Below are positions 1 through 24,247 of a DNA stretch of 64,000 bases, one piece after another. A model generated the notes under the pieces. The model made no database searches and had not been told where the DNA came from. It was given only the letters and a program-made list of their open reading frames with translations. A program made the translations under genes and the position numbers. Origin of the DNA: Macrostomum lignano (Eukaryota); assembly GCA_002269645.1 (NCBI GenBank), contig NIVC01000899.1, positions 1 through 64,000 on the forward strand, read 5' to 3'. Numbering within the stretch: position 1 is the stretch's first letter; each line of letters begins with the position of its first letter.

Positions 1-357
1 TGAAGCTTATTCACGCAGACTTTATTTTACTTGACTTTATATGTAGAAATGATTTGCTAATATCTTTAATGTATCTGTACAAATCGAATTACTGGCTTGA
101 CAGAAAGGCAAAATTATCAACCCTGTTTAGCTGAATTGCACTGCAACTGCACTCCAGCTGCTTTGTCTTAATTCATAAAGGCGCTTTTATCAATGACGGG
201 TAATTCAAATTATTGCATTCCATTTAATTAGTTTTATAATTAGATTTTTCAATTTAGAGATTTAAGATTACGAGTGGATTTTGAAGTGGAAATCGATGTT
301 TGATCCCACTAAATATTGTGCCAGTATTGACGCACCACCGAATTCTTCTTCCTCCAG

Positions 358-12074
<11,717 letters not shown>

Positions 12075-12274
12075 TTATTAACAGTTGCTGAGAACTGTAC
12101 AGAAGCACCGGCTATTGGGGCCAAAGCAGTAGTCAAAACAAACTCAAAACAGTAGTCAATGAGTTTAACATTTTTCTATCTGACCGCCTTTGGGTTATAA
12201 CAGTTCGTATACTGAGCCATACGCAGAGCTCGACACCAGCTCCGATCTGTGGGTTACATCCACTGACTGCCTGC

Positions 12275-12700
12275 CCCCTCCGCACCTCACTTTACGCTTG
12301 CCACCCGTCGCGCACCCACCCATCCGCTCCTTGCCCTTCGCACCCCACTAGGCACGCCCGTCGCATGCGACCCCACTCCCTGCCTCTCCGCACCCCACTT
12401 TACGCCCGCCGCCCGTCGTGTGCAACCCCACTCCCTCCCACTCCCTACCCCTCCGCACCCCACTTTACGCCCGCCGCCCGTCGTGTGCAACCTCACTCCC
12501 TGCCTCTCCGCACCCCACTTTACGCCCGCCGCCCGTCGTGTGCAACCCCACTCCCTACCCCTCCGCACCCCACTTTACGCCCGCCGCCCGTCGTGTGCAA
12601 CCTCACTCCCTGCCTCTCCGCACCCCACTTTACGCCCGCCGCCCGTCGCGTGCAACCTCACTCCCTGCCCCTCCGCACCTCACTTTACGCCCGTCGCACG
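12275..12700. repeat. 55-bp C-rich minisatellite downstream of PKC
   Basis: GCCCGTCGTG recurs at 12411, 12476, 12531 and 12586 (period 55, one 65-bp variant). Confidence 0.95.
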
Positions 12701-13981
12701 TCTGTCCCTCTATAATCGAGGACAAAATTAGGTATCTCAATTAACTGCGAATTAAAGTTAATTAAAACCTTTTCCCTCTGTGCAGTTAGAACATAGGGTT
12801 ACTATATATAGCGGTGTAAAACTTGTTATATATTTAATCAGTTTACACCAAAATTATGTCGTAGAGAGCCTAAAATCAAATATATATTGGCGCTCTTTGT
12901 GCCATGTGATTTTTATTTATAAATAGTTTTTCTTTGCGCGTTTTCTGTCTATCCATTTATGCCCGTTTAACGACCCCCGTTTCATACATTAAAGCTTTTC
13001 CTATACAGCTCCAGTGTTGTACCATTTGCTGTCGTGTTCTTATTTGAGATTTTGTACTCCAAATTAATTTTATATTAGTATACGGAATTCGTGGTTTGAT
13101 TACTAGATGGCTTAGATGGCTTACAGGTTTATAGATGAGTTAAGTATGAGCAGTATTTATGCACTAGTCTTGTACACAGAACTCAGTTATCATGAAAAAC
13201 TACCCTCTGTGTATTAATTTGACTTTCTGCCTCAGTTTTTTTGTCCCTGTTCATTCAATGATGACACGAATCTTATTATTAAAATATTAACGTACTAAAG
13301 TTATTGCGAATAATTCTATATAATCAATGGTGGCAGAAATCAAATGGATTGCTATTCTATAGCTCATAAATGAAGGAATGGAATGGATTGCTAATTTATA
13401 GCCAATGTACTCATACTATCTGATTTGTGTATTTTACCCCTAGTCGATTTTCTCGCAATAAAATGCCTTTATTAATAATAATATTTGCAATAAACAGCAG
13501 TTGTATCCCTGTATTTATTAATTCCTCTGTTTATTAATACCAAAGTCTCAATTATTCAACTTTAATAATTGCTTTTACCTACTCAGAATGCTTTATAATC
13601 CAGTCAGCAGTTCTCGAGTGCTAAGCGCAGTTGCCTCTTAACTCGTCTGTCTACAAGGCGTGACATTTTGACTTTGCTGGAATTATTCAACTTTCTACTC
13701 TTATTGGTCAATGATGTTTCTGCTTTTGCTATTCTCTACACTCACAGTCACAGCGCACTTTCTCTTCGCTTTGTAAGGTCCTTCGACTTTGCCGCTTACA
13801 ACTTCTTGTCTTGTTTTCTGTCAGATTAATTAAAAATTATATGGATTATTCTTTAGATTTTGAAATAATTGAGCTTTTTTCTGTCTATTATATTTCCTTA
13901 TTGCTGTGTTACCACTGAATTTTAACTGCTAAGGATTGCAGTAGCTTGATTTTTCTTCTTTTTTTACCCTAAGTTTCAGCC

Positions 13982-14330
13982 AGTCACTCCAGCTCACACC
14001 TGCCACTCACTAATCACTCCAGCTGACACCTGCCATTCACTAATCACTCCAGCTCACACCTGCCACTCACTAATCACTCCAGCTGACACCTGCCATTCAC
14101 TAATCACTCCAGCTCACACCTGCTACTCACTAATCACTCCAGCTGACACCTGCCATTCACTAATCACTCCAGCTCACACCTGCCACTCACTAATCACTCC
14201 AGCTCACACCTGCCACTCACTAGTCACTCCAGCTCACACCTGCTACTCACTAATCACTCCAGCTCACACCTGCTACTCACTAATCACTCCAGCTCACACC
14301 TGCTACTCACTAATGACTCCAGCTCACAGC
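13982..14330. repeat. 30-bp minisatellite (CCAGCTCACACCTGCCACTCACTAATCACT)
   Basis: About 11.5 tandem copies; alternating variants give a 60-bp dimer in the first half. Confidence 0.95.
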
Positions 14331-14444
14331 TGGCCCCTCTGGAATCGCTGTAAAGCTGTTAATTTCTTTTGGAATACCACCCTCTCCACACATGTATAAT
14401 TAGTGACATTAAATATAGCAATTACGAGCGTATTATCTATTTTT

Positions 14445-15177
14445 TATTATAGCATTTTGCAGTCAAGTTTGAACTGCGGGCATTCAAATTAGACGCTTGA
14501 CCAGATCTCACTGCTGGCACAAATGCTATCTATGGCCTAGACAAAATCACACTGGTGGGCACTCAATTTAGACAAGGGGCATTCAAATTAGACAAGTTCT
14601 CAGGCGCATTGGCTGGGCAATTCAAGATCGTGTTGCGTCTGTTGTCAGACAACCATTCTGTGAACCCTGAACTATGAAGATAAGAACAAGTTATAACAAA
14701 GTAAGCATGTGTGAACAAACAAAACAGGGTGCTCAGCACATCAATGAACAAGAGTCCTCCTCCTCCCCTGGAGGCCTGGCTCCTCCCCTTGGTAGCGCGT
14801 ATCGCTGGCCATCCTGAACAAACTTGTTCCAGATGTTGTACTCTGATGATCTCTTGACATCCAACATGTTGGCAATTTCAGCCACAGAGTCACCACGTTG
14901 GCATGCCCCAATAATGAGGTCACGCTTCTCTCTGGAAATTCTTGCATAGCGACGAATCGGATTGTCCATGGTCTTTCTCTCTGGCACACGTAGACTTTCC
15001 GCTGCTTGTCTAATTTGAATGCCCGTTGTCTAAATTGAGTGCCCGTCAGTGTGTTTCAGTTTGTGCCACAGACATAAAGTTCTGCTTGACTTGGGGACGG
15101 ATTCTGAAATTTGGCTCTTCCCTTCTTGTCTAATTTGAATGCCCGCAGTTCAAACTTGACTGCAAAATGCTATAATA
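14445..15177 (-). mobile_element. Non-autonomous, internally deleted Tc1/mariner-type DNA transposon retaining the transposase N-terminal HTH
   Basis: Perfect 50-bp inverted repeat including terminal TA (14445-14494 / 15128-15177); inner paired copies of the GGGCATTCAAATTAGAC motif (about 14550-14597 / 15005-15050); ORF 14733-14987 (ISREKRDLIIGACQRGDSVAEIANMLDVKRSS...PRGGARP) resembles a Tc1-family HTH plus GRP-like linker; no DDE domain. Confidence 0.85.
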
Positions 15178-15438
15178 TAGAAGAGACTACTAACCAAGCT
15201 ACGGTTTAGCGGATCAAGACTCTGCATCAATCAATAGTCTATGGTCGCAATCATCGTCTTCACTCTATGGGTCAGGCGGCAAAATCAGTTGGCTAGCAAA
15301 GTAGGAAGATGGGTGCGGTATGCGCAAAACTCAACTTGTCTGCCTAAGTCGCTTGTTTTCTAGTCAGCTTTCTTTCTTCTTGAAAGCGAAGGCGTCATTT
15401 TTTTGCTGGGATTGCTTTCAATTCTGAATTTAGTCGAC

Positions 15439-18400
15439 ATGGAGCCAGTTGCCGCTATGGAGACCGTTACTATGGAAACCGTGGCCGCGGAATCCGTCAC
15501 TATGGAAGCGTTTGCGAGGCAGCTAAATTCGCAGGGCAATAATAATGCCCAGGGCGCGGGGCAGAAGAAGACGCAGGCGGATATTGAGGCGGATGCCAAG
15601 GCGGCCAAACGGCAGGCTTTCATCAAAAAGAAGCTGCAAGATCCCAGCAACCTGCGAATGTTCACGGCCAGTGAGTGCTGCTCAATGTTAAATGTGTTAT
15701 GCAAGAGGGCTGTGGGCCTGTGCGAGCCCGATGTCGGCCACACTTGTATAACCGATTGTCTCCTCACTAACTGCCTGTTCACTTTACTTCTCTCCTTATC
15801 ATTGTTACCAGAATAATTATTATTATTAAGATCTTTTGAATGCGATTGTAACTTTAACAGTCGAAGGCCATGCTTTATAATTGTTCACTTTTTGCTAAGT
15901 GGGCTTATAATTAACTACTTTGCTGTTTGCAGCCAGCCCCTGTTCGGCAATCAGCTGACTATATTTCTCAAGCTAATTGCTCCCCATTTGCTCCCTCCAA
16001 TTCATAGGCGAGAATCAGGTTGCGCCCTACTGGGAGACCATCACCATGGCCGATCCAAGGGAGACATTCCAGTCCAGGCAGGAGCCGCCAGGCCTCACGC
16101 CGGAGCTTAAGCGACAATTCGATGCGGCGGTGAAACTGGGCAGCAACACGGCCAAGTGGCACCACGAGAATAAAGGCGTTGTAGTGGAGTACCTGCTGTT
16201 TATGAAGGGTGAGACTGATTCACTGCACAAACCTCACTAAACACACCTCACTGAAAACACCTCACTGCACAAATCTCACTGCACACATCTCACTGAACAC
16301 ACCTCACTGAACACACCTCACTGCACACACCTCACTACACACACCTTACTGCACAAACCTCACTAAACACACCTCACTAAACAAACCTCACTGAACACAC
16401 CTCACTGAACACACCTCACTGAACACACCTCACTGCACACACCTCACTGAACACACCTCACTGCACACACCTCACTGAACACACCTCACTGAACACACCT
16501 CACTGAACACACCTCACTGAACACACCTCACTGAACACACCTCACTGAACACACCTCACTGAACAAACCTCACTGCACACAAGCTATTCGCACCTCACCA
16601 ATCCGCAGACGAAAGCTTGAACTTGCTGAAGCCGCAGTTCGCCGCCATGATCAAGAAGTGCTCGCGACGCACCAAGTGTTTCATCCTAATCACTAATCGA
16701 ATCTTGAATCGGCAGGTTGGCAAATTTAAATGGATCAAATATTTGATTGTGCAGATTCAAGGCCCTGACTACACTATGGTGAAGGTTTGCAACACCATGC
16801 TGGAACGCTGGTTTCCCGAGTACAAGCAGCGAGTTGTCTACAACAAGCAGCGGTGAGGATGCGTCGATGGGAATAAACATTCGAAGTAGGCAATAACAGT
16901 TTAGGTCAAATATAGAACTGTAGGCATTTTGGTTGATGTATCCTTTAACTAGCATGTAGCATACTGAGGAATGTGCTATAACAGAATAAGCAGGATGCGC
17001 GTTATAATTATCCCTAATGCTGATATACCAAGCTTCAAGTGGGAGTTGCTGGCCAAGCATCAGTCGGGAGAGTTAGGGTTAGGCCATGGCTTTAGGGGAG
17101 ATTCTGAGATGTCGAGAGTCAATGGGAGGTTTTGATGTCAAAGCTCACAGGGGATGCTGATATCTTTGGCCAGATAACTCGGTTTTAGGGCTGATGCTTG
17201 TTTGCTTTAAGCATCTTAATCTTAAGAAGCTAACTTTTCTGTACAATGCTTTCTACGCTCGTGCATGCACTGTTTCCGAGCGACGGAGTCATGCACGCTA
17301 AGCAATTATCCCTAACGCTGGAAACAGATGCGAAGAAATTGCGGTAAATGCTATCTGCGATCCGCGTTATCTTTATTGACTGAAGATGTCATTAATTAAG
17401 GCGGCTGATAGCTACCTCTAGTCTCAAATGACGAACACAAAGAGCCACTTATAAAGAGGTTTCTCGGCCTTGCTGCTGTACTTTATTGTCTCTCTTCTTG
17501 CTCTTGCCTTTTTAGAGAATCAATTCTCTCCACCGGCACCATACTGCTACTGCCAACGGCCGGTCCACAGATAATAAAAGTTCAATAGACAAACATGAGC
17601 TATGTTAATGTCCTTTTAATGTAGAAGCTATTGACACTGCCAAAGCGTCGAAGAGACGAACGCTCGGTTTCAGTCTTGAATCTCATCTTTACGTCATACA
17701 TCTATCCCGACATAACTTTAAGAAATCGTTATGAATACTGCCTTAAAGTCATCGCAAAATTTGTAGAAACAATTGCCACGTCTACTCACTCGTAGACAAT
17801 AACAACATTGAAATGATAGCTATTGCCCTGGCAAACAACATTAGTTATGCATTTATTTATATTTAGACAAGCTGTTGAAACCCGCGGATTTTGAACCCGA
17901 TGAATTCCAATCCCGGAACTATTATGCATACATTCTTAAATCCGAAGTCATACTCAAACAAAAAGTTATTAGTTATTATTACTTCGGGTAGAAGTAAGCA
18001 AACCTGGAGTAAATTCGTGTTAAATTTAGATTTGAGTCCTTTGAAAATTCTCTCCTCTCCTCTCCTTTCTCTCTCCACTCTGATCTGATCTCTCTCTCTC
18101 CTCTCTTATCTCCTCTCTTCATTCTACTCTCTTCTCTCTCTCTCTTCTTTTATCTGCTCTATTCTCTCTCTTTCCTCTCTACTCTCTCATCTCTCATTTA
18201 TACTCTTTCTTCTTTCTCTCCTCTCCTCTCATTAACAAACTACGGGTTTTTCACAGAGACAGGATCGAGATGGACCCAAGCAAAAATATGGGAAAACTGG
18301 GACTGCATTGGCAATTTTTGGCTTCTACTAACGAAGTGGAAAATTGTTGAGGTAGAAAATAACAGGGCTATGAATTTCGGGCTCTGTTTCGTTCTTATTT

Positions 18401-21400
18401 TTATGCACTGGTCGGAGAAAGTAAAGTAGTAGTTCTTTACCCTACACGTTATAGCAGAGTCTAATCTACTTGTACCATTCCAAACAGCTACAAATTCGGC
18501 ATCTACACAAACGAGAGCGTGGTGGACAACGTTGATTTGTACTTTCCTTACCAGCGCACCGGTAAGTGCGCCACCAGCTTCGGCGATTTGCCCTGCGAGA
18601 CGCCCTACGGCGCTACCGAGTCTCGTACGGCTCTGAGCACAGCCTGGAAAGCCAACAACAAGATGTTCGCGGCTGGCAACCTGCTGCCAAACAATGGCCC
18701 AGTGCAGAACGTGCAAAGCTACGTGTACGCCTATCATCCGCTCGGGCCGCACGATCGATTTCAGTTCCGCAGCCAGTTCGGCCTGCGCGAGCCGCCGCTG
18801 TCGTTTAAAATGCGCAGCAACATGGGCTACCCGCCAAGCAACGTGTGCGGCCCGGACTATCCCAGCCATCCGCTGTACTACGACAAAGGTGCCGAAGGTG
18901 GCGAAGACGATTCGGAAGAGCAGCAGGTGATTGGTTTTTTTAGCCGCTTTCATAGGTTTTTATGCTGAAAGAAAAGGCTGTGCTGGAAGACCGATTTTAT
19001 GGAATGTTGCGAACACAAGCTTGACCTCCAATTAGTAGCTTTCTGATCGTCAGGCCTGCACACAGCCTGTGCCTGAGGGGTTGGCTCTCATAGTTGTGAA
19101 TCACAGAATCCTTCAGACGCAGGGGCGTCGCCCAGTGGTCTTGCGCGGCGGCTCTGATGTGCCAGCGCGGCTCAGGCTCGATTACAAGTGCAGTCACCTT
19201 AACTTGTTGCTTAATTGGAATCTCGGCTTGGCTCTGCTCGTGCAATTAACGGCCTTGAGCGCCAACTTCGAAGTCACAGTGAAGTGTACATGCCTTAAGA
19301 TAAACATATTTAGGGCCGCTGAACACTCCTGTGTGAGTGTGCGCCTGTGCGTATGACTGTGCACGTATCCGCGCGCTTGTGTGCCTGCTCAGGGGTGTCG
19401 GTGGAATAGGCAGTAATGCCTCTATCCGGTTGTGGGACAATGTCTAATAATTTGTGCCAGGGTGCTCACAGCCCCTGCCTCTAATAAAACAGATCCTCCA
19501 GACGGGGAATCCAGTCTATGAACTTTTTGTGCGGGACTTGGAGATACATGTAATCTATCCTCCGACCGACCTGCATTGAACGTAAATAAACATTGCAGGT
19601 TGAAGGCAAGCTATGAAGGACAGGTAAATCAATGTAACAGAGCATCGCTTTAGTATTCGTAAATAGGGTCAAGAGTTAATCAGTTCTAAAGTCCGTTTTA
19701 AATTCGTGTTGATATAAGTGGTTATCTAAAAAATCCTTACTTAGGAGGACGCCTCCGAGGAGGAGGAGATCCTGGATTCGTCTCACTTCATCCTGGCCGA
19801 CCGAGAAATGAAAGCCAAATTCAAGCTGAAGAAGATGAAGCTCATTATGAACCGGAGACGAGAGTGGATTTTTGGTAATAAGCAGCTCGGCGTGCCTTAC
19901 CCCCAGGTGTTGCTTCCTACAACCTCCATTACGGAGAATCGCGCTTTGACTCGTAAGCTGAGGCCTGCTGCGTAATTTTTGCTAATTCACTTCCTGCTCA
20001 AAATTCTGCTTCTAAAGTACAAATCTCCAACTGCTCTGTCGCTTTCTGTTTCAACCAGGCAAGGAGGACGCCAGCTCCAAGGGTAAGAAGACCAAGAAGA
20101 AGGTGCGAGCTGAGATTCTCATACGCAACATCCGATTCATCAACGAGGACAACATCTACATGGAGTACTGCTTCGAGAAGGAGCACCTAAAACGGAATCC
20201 GATATCGCCATATCCGCGCTCTCTGGTGCCCGGCAGAGAGCTTGCCGAGCGAGTCAACGTGAACAAGGTCTACATCGGTGAGGGCGCATCGTTGGTTTTA
20301 CCATTTTCCATTCTGAATAGTGTTTGCGTACTCTACGGCCATTTCGATGTGTAACCCAAAGTAATAACCTTCAGCTGAAATTTCTCAGGATGTTCTGATT
20401 CAAACCGATTTCATCCGAATGCAAATTTGCAGATTTAGTTTTTTATTCTACCCACTCTGGTAACTCACAGAAATGAGATTTAGGGAATGGTGTCCAAACT
20501 TGATTAGAATCAAATCTGTTTTGTTGTGTGTGTGTGTGGCGATCCCCCAGTCCTTGGACTGAACAGCCGTACCCAGCCTTCAGAGACGCCGCGTAATAGC
20601 TGCAGCTGAGCTGTCGATTGCACATCAGCCCGTTGGGGCAGGTGAAATCAATTATTTATTATTAATTTGTCGCACTTTACGGAACAATTCTAAGAATAGC
20701 TTAAATAGCTTAAACATTATCTTAGCTGAGCTTAAAAAGAACAATAATTACCAATATTATCTTAACAAAGTTAACAACTTCATGCATCAGACTTCATGCG
20801 CAGGTAGTACAACGTAGAATTAGCGGCCTTTGTTATATAAATAAACTTTATATGAAATTCGGATATGTTGCTCACATGAGCAAAAAGCTTCCAGTCCATT
20901 TTCTGTGTCTAAAAGTCCCTGATTATAGAAAAAGCCACAGACTAACTAACAGTGCGGTATCAGTTGAGGCCGCCACTGAATTGAAAATATGCTTGCAACT
21001 TCTTGTGCATCGGCCTGGTGAAACTTCTTATAAGTTCTTCTGTTGGCTATTTTTTAGGGGAGATTGCTTTGTTTTTGCAGCCTAATTAGAATTTTTGTAT
21101 AGATTTTATCTTTTTTCGTCAAAAATATAGTCTTTTAATAAGCGGCGTACTAAAATTAATTACACCGATCAACCGGCAAACAGGCCCGATCAAGTTCGAC
21201 TTTGTGAAGGACAGACGCGACGAGCTCAACCAGCGTTTCCAGATGCTTGGCCAGGCCGGCAGCGATGTGGGTATGGCCAGCCAGACCCTGTCGGAGAAGT
21301 CCGCAACCGGCGGCGGCAGCGGCGGTGGCACCGGCTCTGGGCAGTCCGGTAAGCGTGCCAAAGCCAAATCGGACATGTCCCAGCAGTCGACGCCCGATCA

Positions 21401-22857
21401 CAAGTCCAACATTGCCGTAGTCTCGTTCAGCGAGTTTAAAGACAAGCTCACGCAGGACGCCATATCTGCTGGTAACGATCCGGAGGATCTGCTAGGCAAG
21501 GACCGAATCAGCGCCAAGAACGTGGATAAGATTGTGCCCGGCTGGCGGTCTCTGGTCGGCCGAACTGACAATATCTTCGAGGAGGTCAAGACTCGACTGA
21601 ATGTGCACCGGACGCTTAAGGACAAGTGAGTTTTTCTGTTAGATGGGTCACCCTGAGCACTTAAAACAAAAAGTAGTAGTAGCAGTAGTAGTAGTAAGAA
21701 TTTGGCTCAGTTAATTAGCCTGTTTGGCCAATATATTATACGGCAATGTATTTGGAAAATTTTTCGAAATAGAAGTTTATAAAGACGATTCGACGTTATT
21801 GTAAAATATAAAGTATTTGAAAGCGCACCAGAATTTTTTACGGAATTTTTGGACGAAAAGTGACAACCAACAACGAAACGACAAATTTAAAGTATTTAAA
21901 TGAGGGAATTATAATATGACTATGAATATGAGTATGGATGAATATAAATATGAGTACAAAAATGAGTACGAATTACGAGGTATTGCTTTGATTTCGAAAT
22001 TGCGAGATAAGGTACGAATGAAGTTGGAACGAAAAAATCGAAAAAAAGGTGTACACTAGTTTTAAAATGATCGCGAATAAGGATAACGATAAATAACCGT
22101 ATTTTATGTCAATATACCAAAGCACATATAACCGTATTACAATTAGCATTTTAAATATTTGTTTTAACTGGTAAATAATTCGTTTTAACATTTGTATATA
22201 ATTAAGAGTATGCGAAAGGGTATGCGTAATGCGTAAAAATTCATAGAGAAGTTTTGAAAGGCTAACATTTGACGCACAGTAAAACGGGAAAAAAGACAAA
22301 ATAGCACCTCAAAGAACGAAGAAATGCAAACAGATAGCACCCAGGAAGAGAAAGCAATCATGATATCAACAAAAAAGAGGAGATTAGAGAACAAAGATTC
22401 CCTCTTTTCATAGTTTCGGGCATTTAAAAAACAGGTCCTTTCAGACGAAGCAGTGATAGAACTTTATGGTATGAAATCCGCAAAAAGATCTTCAAGTCAA
22501 TCTATATCAGATAGGAAACTATAAATATTTTGGATTGCATTGAGCTGGTCTTTTCTGAATAGTCTCTCCGCTATGCGCGTATTTGAATGTTTGACCGAGT
22601 GACTGCTTTTGAACTTATGCGATGACTAAATCTCCACCGCCAGGTACTCGAACGTGAAGGGCTTCTTCAACCCGCAATTCGACCCCTACGAAGACATCGT
22701 TGTCACTGAGCCGAAGAGCCGCGTACAACCGCGGGTGAAACGCCAGCTGGTTAAGGGAATCCCCATCAGCGAGGCCAATCCGCAGAAGGTGGCCTCCATG
22801 GTTGACGAGCTCATGGACATGTTCAAGAAGGAGGACGCGCAGCCAAGGTCAACCTGA
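15439..22857 (+). CDS. Uncharacterised multi-exon protein, about 732 aa, no domain recognised
   Basis: Phase-consistent GT-AG exons 15439-15670, 16008-16208, 16609-16852, 18488-18926, 19745-19952, 20059-20277, 21184-21625, 22644-22857 (2199 nt, open to TGA); exon-like GC content. A possible extra 39-nt in-frame intron lies within exon 3. Confidence 0.8.
16218..16580. repeat. 14-bp minisatellite (ACACCTCACTGAAC) filling an intron of the orphan gene
   Basis: Tandem units between donor 16209 and acceptor 16608. Confidence 0.95.
18051..18232. repeat. CT-rich low-complexity polypyrimidine tract
   Basis: Near-pure C/T run of about 180 bp in an intron. Confidence 0.9.
19120..19488 (+). mobile_element. 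SINE family A, full-length older copy
   Basis: Colinear with 7479-7842; diverged TSD ACAGAATCCTTCAGACG (19103-19119) / ACAGATCCTCCAGACG (19489-19504); AATAAAA tail. Confidence 0.88.
20530..20672 (+). mobile_element. 5'-truncated copy of SINE family B (3' part)
   Basis: CCCCAGTCCTTGGACTGAACAGCCGTAC...GCAGGTG..ATCA.TTATT matches about 42745-42890. Confidence 0.85.
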
Positions 22858-24247
22858 TGGAGCTGTCGCAGTCATCCCGGATAAAACTAAAATAAAACTG
22901 CCGTCCCAATAGATGACGCAAAGCAGCACGCTAGGTCCCTAGCACTTCTGAGTTAGCAGCGCCTGATTTGTGCAAGCAACCCCGGTTTCTCAGGTCTAGG
23001 GAATCGTTTCAATAAGCGCAGAGTTTTACACAGGGTTCATGCGTTCCTTATACCGACTACCATTTCCGACGAACAAAGCACGCGCGGATGACGCTTCAAA
23101 CTTTTTGTTTTAATGCTCTTAACTTTTGCTAGGCATTTTCGTTTTGCTGTGAATGCTCGAGGCGTCCATAAATGCCGCTATTGAAGAAATACACCAACTT
23201 GGAAGACGCCGTCGATTCACGCATAAAAAATCAGTTTCGCTGTGAGTAGCTAAGAATAAAGACTGAAATTTTGCGAGACTACATTCTCTTGGGATGTCTA
23301 AATGATTTTATCAGGAATTGCCTCAGCATTAAAATAGATTTGTTATTTTGAAACTGACCCAGTTGTTGAGGATTAACCATCGATAATGTGTAAGTATTGA
23401 AATATCCTTAAACATCCTTATTTCATTATGAAATAAGTACATTATGTGTGCATAGAAATTTATTTAGGTAGATGGATTAATGTACTTTTACTGCTCGTAC
23501 TAGCACTACATTAAATTTACCTTCTCTACCTTCGGATATTTTCTCCTCCATAATTACGATCGTACTTTTAATTAATAAAGTAATTTTGAAGTCAAAAGCT
23601 GGAAAGGTAGTAAGCAAATAATCGAAAACTTATAAATTCTTTCATTAAGTTATGCAGACAAGCATTTGAAAAATAGAATTTCAATAATTTTCGTGATACG
23701 AGCTAGTTATAGTAAAATAATATAGTGACGAAAGTCTGAGAGTTTATATACGAGAAAATAGTTTATTGCATATTAGTTTTGAATTTGGGGAGTTCAGATA
23801 ATGTTTGTAAAGATATGGTAGGTAACTAAAACATTTAAATATTAGATAATATTTACAAATTATCTAAAAAAATTTCTTAGCTAACATTTTTATTTAATTA
23901 TAAGGAGTAATTAAGTGTCAAAAGCCAAAATTATGTGAACAAACTCAAAAGAATCAAAGCGAATTTATAACAAAATAAAAAAAGAAGTCGCTGACGGCAC
24001 AATTATTTGATTCTCGCAACTTGAACTGTGGTCAAGAAAATACGACACAAATTTCTGGTACAAGGTTACCAGATTTGTGTATTAAATTTTTTCCCGATCT
24101 CACGAGTGCATTTTAACAATTTTTATCGCTTTATATAATTAGTTAAGCGCTATTTTATTAAAGTAGGGGTTTAACGGTTCCATTCCGGTGTCACAGCTCC
24201 TGAGACTGTTAGCTATATTCAGCACAAAAACGTTTTTCGATGTCGAA

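Noticed and set aside
17073-17098. TTAGGG telomere-like motifs
   Set aside because: Only two to three scattered units; expected by chance.
21760-22560. AT-rich, purine-skewed segment in the last intron of the orphan gene suggesting a foreign insertion
   Set aside because: Frames are broken by stops, with no terminal repeats or TSD and no recognisable viral or transposase motif.
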